From NCBI GenBank assembly GCA_030390025.1, contig CM059431.1, positions 129,458,001 through 129,522,000 of the forward strand: 64,000 bases of DNA, read 5' to 3'. This document shows, in pieces, positions 50,791 through 63,323 of this stretch (position 1 is its first letter; each line of letters opens with the position of its first letter). Under the pieces are notes generated by a model. The model did not search any database. It was not told the origin of the DNA and worked only from the letters and a program-made list of their open reading frames with translations. The position numbers and the translations under genes are program-made. The stretch is from Squalus acanthias (taxonomy: Eukaryota).

Positions 50791-51027
50791 TTGATGTTCT
50801 TATGTTCTTAAGTTGAACAGATAATGAATAAGCAAATTGTTTCACTGAGCTAGATGGTTCCTTGAGGACCAAACCCCAAAAATTAAGACATTAAACTGAC
50901 TTGCATCTTTCCTCTGTCATCAAATATCCGTGCAACACTACATAATGTTACTAAAGGGTCCTTTAGGATTAAATTAAGTCTTAATTTAGGACATTTCCCT
51001 TCAATAATGGCACCGTCCTTTCAAGAT

Positions 51028-52800
51028 TTCCCTCCTTTAAAGTAAACCTTTTTATGCTGTTCTTGAGTTCTCTCTCAAATGCACACAAATAAAAGTGAGT
51101 CAACTACCCAAGCACTCAGAACACAATACAAAATAAACAAACACTTGCAAAATTCCAAGTGGAAAGTATCACTTGTCATGTGTGGATACTTCCTCTTGCA
51201 CTTTGTGTGTACGTTCCTGGAGACCTTAGTTGACTTCCCTGTCTTATTGACAAGGAGATAATCATAGTAGGAGAGTCTCTAAACACATCAGTCTCTGTTA
51301 GTCTGGCACAAGCATGGCATCACATCAATTGGTATCTGAGCAACAAATGATCAGGGAACGGATGCCTCAATTATCACTGCTACTTTGTTTCTTATGTCCA
51401 TTATGCACATTTGATCTCCAGTGTTCAGTCTTACTAGTGTCTTCACACTTGAATTGAAGTCTTCCACTTGGTATTTCTTGCATGTTTCTTCCCTTTCTGT
51501 GAAACAGGCCATGGATTACCACTTGGGGTTGATGTTTGCTGGAAGCACAGGTGTTGATGTTTGCTGGAAGCATTCTTAATTACCTGCCCATTACCCATAC
51601 AGGCTACCCATAGTTCTGAGGGCTATATCTGTTTGTCATTAATATGGATTTTTTGACCTTTTAAGCAGATTCTTTATAGTCTGTGTTACTCTTTCCATCT
51701 TTCAACAACAGCAACAACAACTTGTATTTATATAGCGCTTTTAATGTAGTAAAACGTCCCAAGGCGCTTCACAGGAGTGTTATAAAACAAAATTTTACAC
51801 CGAGCCACATAAGGAGAAATTAGGGCAGGTGACCAAATGCTTGGTCAAAGAGGTAGGTTTTAAGGAATGTCTTAAAGTAGGAAAGAAAGGTGCGAGGCGG
51901 AGAGGTTTAGGGAGGGAATTCCAGAGCTTAGGGTCTAGGCACCTGAAGACACGGCCACCAATGGTTGAGCGATTATAATCAGAGATGCTCAAGAGGGCAG
52001 AATTAGAGGAGCGCAGATATTGCGGGCAGTTGTGGGGCTGGAGGAGATTACTGAGATAGGGAGGGACAAGGCCATGGAGGGATTTAAAAACAAGGATGAG
52101 AATTTTAAAATCGAGGCGTTGCTTAACCGGGAGCCAATGTAGGTCAGCGAGCAGAGGGGTGATGGGTGAACGGGACTTGGTGTGAGTTAGGACACAGCCA
52201 GTAAAGTTTTGGATGACCTCAAGCTTACGAAGGGTAGAACGTCGCTTTACAGATACCGTGAGCTGCTCATAATGTCCAGAGCTGAAAACTGTGGGTCAAT
52301 ATCTGAAAAAACATGTTCTGCTATTCCATGAAATGTAACTAATTTCTTGCGAAGCAGTGTGTGTTAACTGTGACATGCAAGAAGTCTACAACCAAAAAAT
52401 AGGTATTGCCTTTCCAATTGAATAGCTTTCTACAAAGATCACTTGGACGAGCAAATGGTATCATAGATTCAACCGGATTTGCCCTTTTCTCAGAATATTT
52501 TAGGCAATCCTATAATATAAAATTGTTTACTTAAGCCAGGATGCCAAGTGACCTCTTCAGCTTGCTGCCCATGTTTCTAGATGCTTTGATATTCAGAGTG
52601 CTCTTTCTCTAGCTTCGCAAGTTACTTTTATGTAGGTCTCACTACAGTGTCTCTGAAGCAGTCCACCTTACATCAACTATTTACTTTTCACAGGCCAACA
52701 TCATTTCAATCTGCCACCCAGTTCAGTCTTTTCTGGCCAGCCCTCCGTGCAATTATCCATAATCAGACGAAATATTTCACCATATAGTAACTATGCTTTT
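51028..52800 (-). mobile_element. Ancient Gypsy LTR-retrotransposon pol (integrase region) fossil, split by an L2
   Basis: Ordered remnants EGWPEK, WHPGLSKQ, LFNWKGNTYFLVVDF, HGIAEHVFSDIDPQFS, ERVTQTIKNLLKRSKNPY, MGR*LR and LNTGDQM..P*SF. PPT-like TTAAAGGAGGGAA at ~51030. Confidence 0.8.
51703..52240 (-). mobile_element. L2-clade LINE 3' end
   Basis: ORF remnant STIGGRVFRCLDPKLWNSLP and tail GCGCTATATAAATACAAG(TTG)n. Confidence 0.88.
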
Positions 52801-52872
52801 ACTCCCAATAATGATATGAGTGGCTTGTGAGCAGTTTGAACGTGGAAAGTCCTCCCAATTAGGTAAAAGAAG

Positions 52873-53344
52873 AGAAGGAAAGACTTGCATTTATATAGCG
52901 CCTTTCACGACCTCCGGACGTCCCAAAGTGCTTTACAGCCAATTAAGTGCTTTTTGACGTGGAGTCACTGTTGTAATGTGGGAAACGCGGCAGCCAATTT
53001 GCGCACAGCAAGCTCCCACAAACAGCAAAGTGATAAATGACCAGTTAATCTGTTTTTGTGATGTTGATTGAGGGATAAAAATTAGCCAAGGCACCGGGGA
53101 TAACGCCCCTGCTCTTCTTCGAAATAATGCCATTGTATCTTTTACATCCACCTTAGAAAAGTGGACAGGGCCTTGGTTTAACATCGCATCTGAAAGACGG
53201 CACCGCCGACAGTGCAGCACTCCTTCTAGTACTGCACTGGAGGGCCACCTTAGATTTTTGTGCTCAAGTCTCAAGAAGTGGGACTTGAACCTGCAACCTT
53301 GTGGGTCAGAGGCAAGAGTGCTACCAATTGAGCCACGGCTGACG
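52873..53344 (-). mobile_element. Full-length DeuSINE/SacSINE-like SINE
   Basis: tRNA head GTCAGCCGTGGCTCAATTGG..GGTTCAAGTCC, body and L2-like tail. Confidence 0.88.
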
Positions 53345-53492
53345 GCAGTTACTGAATCATTCATAGGCTCATTTTATAGCCAAATTTGTGCACTGACTCC
53401 ACCCAAAATACTTAAATCACTGGATTCTATCAGGAATTCATATTTATTTACCAGCTAATCAGTCATGTTTTTATTTTAGGTCTGATGTGTGA

Positions 53493-53636
53493 CCTGGGTG
53501 AGGATCAATCCTCGCAGGGAGTGCTGATCAGGAACTCACAGGCCCACAGCCCCTATTTTTCCACAGAATCATAAACAAGGCTGCAGGCCTGTGATTCCCT
53601 AACCAGTGCTCCCTGCAAGCATCGATCCTCACCAGG
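53493..53636. repeat. Long imperfect inverted repeat (palindromic MITE core)
   Basis: Arms of ~58 bp: CCTGGGTGAGGATCAATCCTCGCAGGGAG.. / ..CTCCCTGCAAGCATCGATCCTCACCAGG. Confidence 0.7.
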
Positions 53637-53971
53637 AGCACGTGATCAAGGAATTTCAGTGTTTTGCTATGCTTTGTGATCTAGGAAGTAAACTCTGTCG
53701 ATTTGATTCTGGTATATTGCACTTCTGTAAGCATGTTGTACAGTTTAGAATTCCAATAGTTCCATTATACTTTCTTGAAATGTGTTGTTTCATTTCACCA
53801 TATGTCTTGACAAAAAATGTATTTTTGTTTGTATTAGGTTAATGATTTGGATTCTTTATTACTAGCAACAGTACACACCGGGTTAATTATAGTTTCTAGT
53901 TTGGTTGGTTCTGCAAGGTACATAAATACACATTTCATTACAACAGGCAATTAATATGCATCTGCATTTTA

Positions 53972-54455
53972 GTTGCTTGTCACTTTAATTCTCCGCTCCA
54001 CTCCCACTCTGACCTCTCTGTCCTCGGCCTCTTACACTGTTCCAATGAAGCTCAACATAAGCTCGAGGAACAGCACCTCATCTTTCTATTAGGCACTTTA
54101 CAGCCTTCTGCATTCAACATTGTGTTCAACCATTTCTGACTATAACCTCGGCCCCTATTTTTTCAGGCGGCAGCTGTTGATGATTCTGCCATCCCCATTT
54201 GCAACATTTAACCTCTCCTACCTTCCACCCTATCACAGACCCTCCCTTTTGTCCTTTCCTCCCCTCCCCCCTTTCCCTGCCTCTGCACCTGCTTAAAATC
54301 TGTTACATCTCTAACTTTTTCCAGTTCTAACGAAGCATCACAGACCTGAAATGTTAACTCTGTTTCTCTCTCCACGGATGCTGCCTGACCTGCTGAGTGT
54401 TTCCAGCATTTTCTGTTGTTATTTCAGATTTCCAGCATCCGCAGTATTTTGCTAT
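53972..54455 (+). mobile_element. Penelope-like retroelement 3' fragment (GIY-YIG C-terminus plus UTR)
   Basis: 53972-54139 reads VACHFNSPLHSHSDLSVLGL..KLEEQHLIFLLGTLQPSAFNIVF. Flanked by a 21-bp near-direct repeat. Confidence 0.88.
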
Positions 54456-55379
54456 TGCGTCTGCATTTTAGTCGCTGTGGAACAAAAATCTATTTTAATA
54501 TGCTATTGTTGATTGAACATTGCTTTGTAACTGTTTTATAGTATCTTGAATTCTTGGTTGAGCAAACTGTTAAATCCAACTATCACGGATATTGCAACAG
54601 AGGGCTAAACATCCTAATACAATTGACAAAGAGTGACTAACCATATCATTTAAGTTCAGGAAATGTAGCTCTGTGAATTGTATTTTTGTCAGTACATCTT
54701 CATAGGGTTTGTCTCTAGCCAACAAAGGATCTGCGCTGGTTTGACTCCATTGTTGGTTGCACCATGTATGAACTGAGCAATCGTTTTCAGGGATCTAATT
54801 ATATTAAAAGATAGCTCGGGAGAAGCATCCTCATTGCTATATTTCAGATATCAAAAACAAAGTTTGCAAATACATTTTTTTCCTAAATACTGTTGATTTA
54901 TTTGGTCTCTGTTAAAGTAAGTTGCCTTTTGGTTTATAGCCTGAGTCTCAGCCTGAATCCAGATACTGAAGGAAAGGAGAATCACGTGGCGCCACATGTA
55001 AATGTAAGAGATTCTCTTTTCAATCCCTGAGTCTCACCATCATTTACTTAGACGTCGAGCAGGTAAAGGCACATCCACATCGTAGTGGACAAGAAATCTG
55101 TTTGCGTGATTGGTTAGTAATGCTGAACCTGATTCGAATATCTAGCGTAAAACCCCAAAATCTAACAATATTAAAGAAGTACTATAAATAGTGCACACAT
55201 ACAGGAAACAAATAAAATTTAAATTAAATCCAAAATAGAAAAACAAAATAAAGGAGCACAGTACCTTGGGTACAGGATTGTTCCTCGTTTAGCTGTAGGG
55301 GCTGTTCACAAAACTAGCTTGGCTAATGGGGGGAATGGAAACAGTTTTACTTCCCTATAGGAGGTTAAACCAGTCACTT

Positions 55380-55719
55380 CATAGAGTGGGTAGGAAGGAC
55401 CTATTCCCCTTAGCAGAGAGGTCAATAACCAGGGGTCACAGAATTAAAGTAATTAGTAGAAGGATTAGAGGGGAGTTGAGGAGATCCTTTTCACCCAGAG
55501 GGTGGTGGGGGTCTGGAACTCACTGCCTGAAAGGGTGGTAGAGGCAGAAACCCTCATCGCATTTAAAAAATACTTGGATATGTACTTGAAGTGCCGTAAC
55601 CTACAAGGCTACGGACCAAGAGCTGTAAAGTGGGATTAGGCAGGATAGCTCTTTTTCAGCCAGTAGAGACACGGTGGGCTGAATGGCCTCCTTCTGTGCC
55701 ATAAATTTCTATGATTCTA
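55380..55719 (+). mobile_element. CR1 3' end fragment
   Basis: RKDLFPLAERSITRGHRIK and a 3' UTR. The (ATTCTATG)n tail resumes at 56628. Confidence 0.88.
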
Positions 55720-56627
55720 GGAACATAGGAACAGGAGTAGGCCATTCAGCCCCTCGAGCCTGTTCCACCATTCAGTGAGATCATGGCTGATCTGCGACCT
55801 AACTCCATATACCCGCCTTTGGCCCATATCCCTTAATACCTTTGGTGAACAAAAATCTATCAATCTCAGATTTAAAATTAACAATTGATCTCGTACAAAT
55901 TACCATTTGTGGAAGAGAGTTCCAAACTTCTACCACCCTGTGTGTGTAGAAGTGTTTCCCAATTTCACTCTTGAAAGATCTGGCTCTAATTTTTAGACTA
56001 TGTCCCCTAGTCCTAGAATCCCCAACCAGCAGAAATAGTTTCTCTCTCTCTACCTTATCTGTTCCCCTTAATATCTTGAAAACTCCGATCCGATCACCCC
56101 TTAACCTTCTAGATTCTAGGGAATACAACCCTAATTTGTGTAATCTCTCCTCATAATTTAACCCTTGAAGTCCCGTATTCTGCCCATTCACTTAATCTAT
56201 CGATATCCCTTTGTAATTTTATGCTTTCATCTACACTGCCTACAATGCTGCCTATCTTTGTGTCATCAGCAAGTTTGGATCTATGACTTTCTATGCCATC
56301 ATCTAAGTTGTTAATAAATACTGTGAATAGATAAGGCCCCAACACAGATCCTTGTGGGACACCACTAGTCACATCCTGCCAATTTGAGTATCTACCCATT
56401 ATCCCTACGCTCTGTCTCCTGTCGCTCAGCCAATTTCCTAACAAGGTCAATAATTTGCCCTCAATTCCGTGGGCTTCTACCTTAGTTAACAGTCTCTTAT
56501 GTGGGACTTTATCAAATGCCTTCTGGAAGTCCATATAAATAACATCCATAGACATTCCCCTGTCCACTACTTTAATCACCTCCTCAAAAAATTCAATCAA
56601 GTTTGTCAGACATGAGCTACCTTTCAC
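55720..56627 (-). mobile_element. CR1 fragment with internal deletion, inserted in another CR1 tail
   Basis: ORFs 56151-56627 and 55799-56191 with a deletion junction at ~56177. Flanked by ATGATTCTA on both sides. Confidence 0.9.
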
Positions 56628-56780
56628 ATGATTCTATGATTCAGATTGCCCTTGTGCACCCATTATAATTTGGTCCAAGAACAATTTGCCTACTTTCGGC
56701 TGAAGATCGGTATGTTATCCAAAGCAGGGGAAGAAAGGAAAACAAATTAAAATGGGAGAAAAAAATTAGTATCAAATAGT

Positions 56781-57362
56781 AGGGTACAAATCCTGCATTG
56801 GTGGGCGGACTGAACTGGGACATGATGCCAGTGAGGAAGCCACAGTTTGAAGTGGAACCTAGATCTGCCAGGTTTTTCACGCCAGTGACATGAGGAAGAA
56901 AAAATGTGCTCAGGGTGGGTGGGGGCTTCCTCGGCCCACCTTTGTTATGTTGCACAGCAACTTTGGGAGAATGCCTGGGGTAGTTCCCTGGGCTACCCTA
57001 GGAATTCTTTCCAATTCACCCGATAGTCCCAGTGGGACCTACACCTGTTCAGTGGAGGCATGGGTTCCATTATGGAGCTACTGAAGGCGCCAAGAGAAGA
57101 AAAAGCAAAGTTGTTCTTTTGCTCCCTGAGAATTTAGAGCTGTTTCTTTCAGTCTGATTCAGGTCTCAGGTGCCCCCCTTGGAATGTTAGGGTGCCACTC
57201 CGACATCTGCCTCCTTGGCCACACCAGGCACCCACTCTGAATATTCAAATGATCTCTGTCCCTGGGAATTAGGATGGGGTCAATGGCAGGGCAAAGTGGC
57301 AAATGGAGGTTGCTCTCCACTGCTCTTCTGCCCCTCAAAAGGGTGTGGGAAATTTTCAGGCT
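56781..57362. mobile_element. Old MITE-like element
   Basis: GC-richer island with TIR-like ends (GGGTACAAAT / AAATTTTCAGGC). Weak support. Confidence 0.35.
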
Positions 57363-58403
57363 AATATATCAAGTAGTTCATTTGAACATGCATATAACAT
57401 AAGCTGACAAAAAAATGAGCAAAAATTATAAATATACAACTTTACACAAATACACATAAGTTACACTGTCAGCAGAAAAGTCAGTTAACAGTTTAAATTA
57501 AAAGCATCAGAGCCTAATTCCCTAATTACAGGTAGTAGTCTCAGTACCACACACTCACACACTAAGAAAATACATACTGTAAACTAGGATTTTAAATATC
57601 CCACAAAAGATGTTAATTATTAGTTCCAGGACATATTTCCTTGATATATTTTGAAGAAATGACTACATCACAAGATGCTGACACGGTGAGGAAACCAGGC
57701 AGACAATATGCGAAAGAGTATTCTTCCATATTCTATACTGAGTGACTGGAGTCAAGTCACGTAATATGTACACTGCAAATTAGAATGCACATGAATTTAT
57801 GTAGCCAGTAATATTCTGTAATCTAAGAAAAAAAATGAGGATATGATTGTAGGTCAGCTTTCAAAAATAATTACAACTGTATTGAACACAGATTACATTT
57901 CACTCCTACATAAATGTTTGATACTAGTTTGTGAAGCATGTGTTATTCTTTAATTTCTACCCTGAGAGAATTATAAGCTTTTTATTGCTTAATCAATCAG
58001 CCTATGTACTTGACAATGCACAATTTTCTTTATGTGGTAACATTTGGAGTCAAGCTTCATGGAGAAACAAATTTGCTTCACTGCATTTTGTGTCCCCAAG
58101 TACTTTTGCTCTTCATGGCACCAATTACGTTTAAGAAAAAGCCTTCAGTTGTAAGACATCCTTCACAATCTTGCAGTCAGGTTTGATTTATTATCTATAA
58201 CCAACATTTTTCATGATAGTGATAGACAAAAAACTGCAGTTTACTTAAATGTAAAAATATAATTTTTGTTTTGGTCAGCCAAGTGTCTGACACACGTGGA
58301 ACTCATCACCATGCGTTTGTCCATAATGGAGTGCACACTCGCATATAGGCACGCCCTACTTACCAAACCCCAGGAAACCTAGATACAAGTTGGGAAAAGC
58401 CAA

Positions 58404-60769
58404 GGGGGGTTAAATTGGATAACCCCCGAAAACAAGCACAGGGATTGCAATGAGCAATTAACCCGTGCCCAGTAATTGAAATGCAGGCCGGATGCCAACT
58501 TTGTGCTGCCTGCACATTTACATGATTTCTGCATGCTCCCGCGCATCAGCAGGGGGCCCAATATTGTTAGTGCCTAGCACTACTTAAATCTAGCCTGTAC
58601 CTCTTAAAGGAGAGGTGCATTGTGGCTGCTGGTGGTGCTAAGATCATTCTGAATATTGTGCTGTGAAAGAATCAGCAATAGCTGACCATGGGAGAGAGCA
58701 GGCACCAAGATTTTCAGACGCCGCACTGGAGGTCTTGGTGGAACAGGTGGAAAGAAGGAGAGATGTCCTATACCCTAAGGGGGGCTGGAGACCCTCCCGA
58801 CACATGCTCAGAAGGCAGTGGCAAGAGATAGTGGAGGAGGTCAATGCCAGGAGTGTAGCCCCAAGGACCTGGGTGCAGTGCAGGAAGAAGTTTAAGGATC
58901 TCACACGAGTTGTCATGATCAAGTTGAGTGCATCTTCAAATGCCATATCCTATCAATTGCATCACTCGCCTCATCCACTTCTCAATTCACTGCACCCTCA
59001 TCACTCACCTACCAACAATTTCTATCAATCAGGACTCATATCTAACATTCATATGCTTTACCTCACCCTCACACACTTAGTACTGTTCCAAGCCTCGCAC
59101 CCACATCTCTGAGCTTGCATACAATGACAGCTATTCAACCATGACAGCCACATCACCCAATCATATTGCACGACATTCACTGACACATTTCCCTCTTTCT
59201 TGCAGGAGAAGGAGGTGCACAACAGAAGGCAGCAGGAATTAATGGGAGGGGGAAAGGCACGCCTGCATGTTTTAACCCCCATGGAGGAGATTGTGCTGGC
59301 CATTATGGGAAGAGCCATTGCTGAGGCCATGGCCACCATCGGAGCTGAAGCTATTGAAGATGAAGGTATCCGCATACCTAATCGTCCGTCTCTCATCCCA
59401 CTTCTCCCTCATCCTCCAATCTCTTCTGATTTAAAAGCTGCTGATGGTGTAAGCATGCACTTTGTACTTTCTCTTCTCCTCTCATCATAACCCAACCCGT
59501 GTCCATTTTTCATTTCTGATACTCAAGAACTGGAACCTGCCCAGGCAGTGGAGGAAGAGCCAGAAGAAAGTGAAGATGAAGGGACACCGTCACTCGATAT
59601 CACAGCCACCAGCTCAGATACTGACACTGCACGTAATTTAGAGAATAGGATAGAAGCAGGATCTGCACGTGGTGAGACACTGGGCACAAGTACGCGGAAG
59701 CCCGCTCAGAAAAGATAGCGCAGGTGCCAGTTCGCCAGAGGGCAAGGTCGCACACTAGTTCTACTGCAAAAGACTCAGATGAGAACTTTGATGGGCCAGG
59801 CTACAAAAGAAGGCTGATAGGTGCACAAACCTAAATGTTTGATGCACTGTGAAGCCTGCCGGAAAGCCTGCGTTCAATGACAAGGAGGATGAAGGAGTCC
59901 AGCACCAACCTGGCACACGACTTTGCAGAGCTTGGAGGCCATCCTTTCCAATATGGAATGGGTGGCCACCTCCATCAACACACCTGTGAATGCATCCATG
60001 ATGTAGCATCTGATGGCCGATATCTCAGCTTTCATTGCAGCACAAGCAGAATCCACCCAATGCTGCAGTGGAAGCACAGACTGCTGTCATACAATCTCAG
60101 CTTGTTGCCATGGAAGCTCAGACTGCTGCCATCATTGCTCTGGATACCAGTGTGAAAAGGGGCTCCCAGGACATCACAGCATTCCAGCAAACTGTTCTCC
60201 AACAGATCTGCTCCCTAAAGACCCTCTGCAGATGTGGCCACCTGCTGAGAGCCCTTCTCCTTCTCCTTCTCCCTCTTCTAGCAGTTGTCCTGTTCTGCGT
60301 GGCCTCTGCTCATTCTCGCAGTCATACTCAATGCCAAAAGGAAGCCCTACTAGGCCGCCCATGTCTGGAAGCAACTGGTTTGTGCACAAGCCTTTAAGTC
60401 ACCAAAAAAGTACTTCAGCACCAGCCAGACCACTCCCTGTAGATTATTGAAACTTTTAACAAGTATGGAAAAGCACGCAAAATGCGTAGAATTGCAGCAA
60501 CAGCCAGAAGATATAATCCAGCAACTAACCCATAAGTAGTTGATGATCCCTTTAAATAGCACTGGTGAGGAGTCCTTTATGCCGTTGAACTCGTGTTCAG
60601 ATGTGGGAGATTAAGAGAGGGCACAGGCTGGAGTGCGGAGCTCCAAAATGGCAGTGCTGGCACGAAATCATGTCATGATCTGTTTGCTCCGCATGCTGCT
60701 GCCAGTCATTAAGTGTGCGCGCTAGCCCCTTTAAAAATATAGCGTCGGGCGCACCACCCGTCGGAAGAC
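58404..60769 (+). mobile_element. Harbinger family C deletion element retaining most of the Myb gene
   Basis: Left end GGGGGGTTAAATTGG. The Myb exons are followed by a junction at ~60205 to the transposase 5' end on minus (..QRVFREQ). The right end is cut by a CR1. Confidence 0.85.
58678..60205 (+). pseudogene. Myb/SANT-like gene of Harbinger family C, 3-exon, decayed
   Basis: Exon 1 reads APRFSDAALEVLV..WQEIVEEVNARSVAPRTWVQCRKKFKDL. Exon 2 (59206-59365) reads HNRRQQELMGGG. An acidic exon 3 starts at 59519. The start codon (ATA), first donor and second acceptor are mutated. Confidence 0.85.
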
Positions 60770-60772
60770 TAT

Positions 60773-63318
60773 GGCTAGAATACTCAATGAATACTTTGTA
60801 TCGGTGTTTACTAAGGAGGTGGATGCTGACAAAATATCGGTAGAAGTGGAAAAGGTAGAAGCGATGGAAGGGGTGAAAATTGATAGCCAGGATGTATTAG
60901 AAAGGCTGGGTATGCTTAGAGTGGATAAGTCGCCTGGTCCAGATGGCTTGCATTCCAGGTTGCTAAGGGAATTGGGGGAGGAGATAGCGGAAGGGCTTGC
61001 CATAATTTTCCAATCTTCCCTAGATGCGGGGGAGGTCCCTGAGAATTGGAAAGTAGCAAATGTGACACCATTGTTCAAGAAACGGTGTAAGGACAATCCT
61101 AGTAACTACAGGCCGCTCAGTTTAACATCAGTGGTGGCTAAAGTTTTAGAAACGATAATCAAGGAAAAAATTAATGGGCACTTGGAGAGGTTTAAGCTAA
61201 TTAAGGAGAGCCAACACGGATTTGTAAAAGGCAGATCATGTTTGACTAAACTAATTGAATTTTTTAATGAAGTAACAGGGAGGATTGATGAAAGGAATGC
61301 AATGGATGTTTTCTACATGGATTTTAGGAAGGCGTTTGACAAAGTACCACATAGAAGGTTGGTTAACAAAATTGAGGCTCATGGAATATGTGAGTCAGTG
61401 GCAGCTTGGATAAGGAATTGGCTTAAGGACAGGTAACAGCGAGTTGTGGTAAATGGCTGTTTTTCAGACTGGAGGATGGTAGATAGTGGTGTTCCCCAAG
61501 GGTCAGTGCTGGGGCCACTGCTTTTTTTGATATATATAAATGACCTGGATATAGGAATACAGAGTAGAATTTCTAAATTTGCAGATGACATCAAATGGGG
61601 GTTTGGCAAACAGTGAGGATGATACCAATCGACTGCAACAGGACATAGAAAGGCTAGCAGAATGGGCAGACAAGTGGCAGATGGAATTTAATACAGAGAA
61701 GTGTGAGATGATGCATTTTGGCAGAAGGAACAGGGAGAGGTAATATACACTTAATGGCACAGTTTTAAAGAGTGTGCAGGGACAGAGGGACCTGGGAGTT
61801 AATGTGCATAGGTCCCTGAAGGTGGTGGGACATATTGGGCTGGATTTTCATTGACCCGTGGAGGCGGGTTTGGAGGCGTGTGGGGGGTTAAAGTTGCAGA
61901 TTCGGGGGTCCCGAACCCATCCCACCCCCAACCCGCCTCCATGCCAGTTTCGCTGGAGGCGGGTACCCGACCTGTGCTGGGACCCGCCTCCCCGAGGCGG
62001 GAAGGGGATTAGTGGCAATAAACTGCCTGAAACAGGTAGTTAACAGGCAGTTTTTTGCCGAATCCCTATTTTGATGTGTGAAATGTGGGCTTCTCGACAG
62101 GTCCCAACCACGCCAAGTTAGCAAGGCGGACCGTGGGTCTGCAGGGGTTGGAGGGGTCGATATGTCCGGTGGGCAGGTGAGTGATGGGTGCATGTGTGCA
62201 GAGGTAAGTGTGTAAGGTAAGTGTAAAGTGTGGGAAAAAGTTTTACTTACCTTAACTTCCTCCTGCAGGTGTCAGCCCTTCAGGTCTCAGGTGTCAGAAA
62301 TCTCACCGGCACAGAAAGCAGAATGGCCGTGGAGCTGTCAAAATCTGCAGCCTCTGTTTTCTGTGCTGGAATGATTTCTAACTCAGCCTGAGAGGAAGGA
62401 CTCAAGTTAGAAGACAGATTGTCAGTGTTTGACAGATTCACAGAGCTGTCAAACGTTGATATTTCATCTGTCAAAAGCTCTTGACAGATGAAATGTCAAT
62501 CTGTGACGTCACCTGTTGCCGGGTGGCCCTTAATTGGCCTACTGAGCTTGCTGGGCGGGCTCAACAAGATCAATCAAGTGAAAATGCAGTGGGTTGGCCA
62601 CAAGTTGATGGAGGCGGGACTGCAACCCAAAAAGTGGGAGTCCCGCCTCCATCACGTCCCCAGTATCAAAATCCAGCCCATTGAGAGAGTGGTTAGCAAA
62701 GAATATGGGATCTTGGGCTTCATAAATAAAGGTATTGAGTACAAAAGTAGAGAAGTTATGCTGAAACTTTATAAAGCCACAACTGGAGTATTGCGACCAG
62801 TTCTGGTCACCACACTTTAGAAAGGATGTGAAGGCACTTGAGAGGGTGCAAAGGAGATTTACCAGAATGGTTCCGGGGATGGGGGATCTTAGCTACAAGG
62901 ACAGGTTGGAGAAGCTGGATTTGTTTTCATAAGAGCAAAGGAGGTTGAGGGGTGATTTTATAGAGGTGTACAAGATTATGACGGGTTTGGATAGGCTAGA
63001 CAGGGAAAGGCTGTTCCCACTAGTTGATGGTACAAGGACTAGGGGACACAGATTTAAGGTTTTGGGCAAGAGATACAGGGGGGATGTGATGAAAAACTTT
63101 TTTATGCAGCGAGTGGTGAGGACCTGGAACTCGCTGCCGATGGAAGTGGTGGAAGCGGAGACACTGAATGTTTTCAAGGGGAGACTGGATAGGCACTTGA
63201 GGGAAATAAACTTGCAGGGCTACGGGGATAGAGCAGGGGAATGGGACTGACTGGATTGCTCTACAGAGAGCCGGCGCGGACTCGATGGGCCGAATAGCCT
63301 CCTTCTGTGCCATATGAC
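60773..63318 (+). mobile_element. CR1 LINE (same family as 9300-12150), split by a MITE
   Basis: ORF 60771-61436 and later RT pieces are near-identical to 10598-12150. The 3' UTR is present. Confidence 0.94.
61837..62679. mobile_element. Harbinger-type MITE
   Basis: Perfect 12-bp TIR GGGCTGGATTTT / AAAATCCAGCCC and TSD ATT. The empty site is visible in the paralogous CR1 at ~11657-11670. Confidence 0.93.
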
Positions 63319-63323
63319 TTTTT

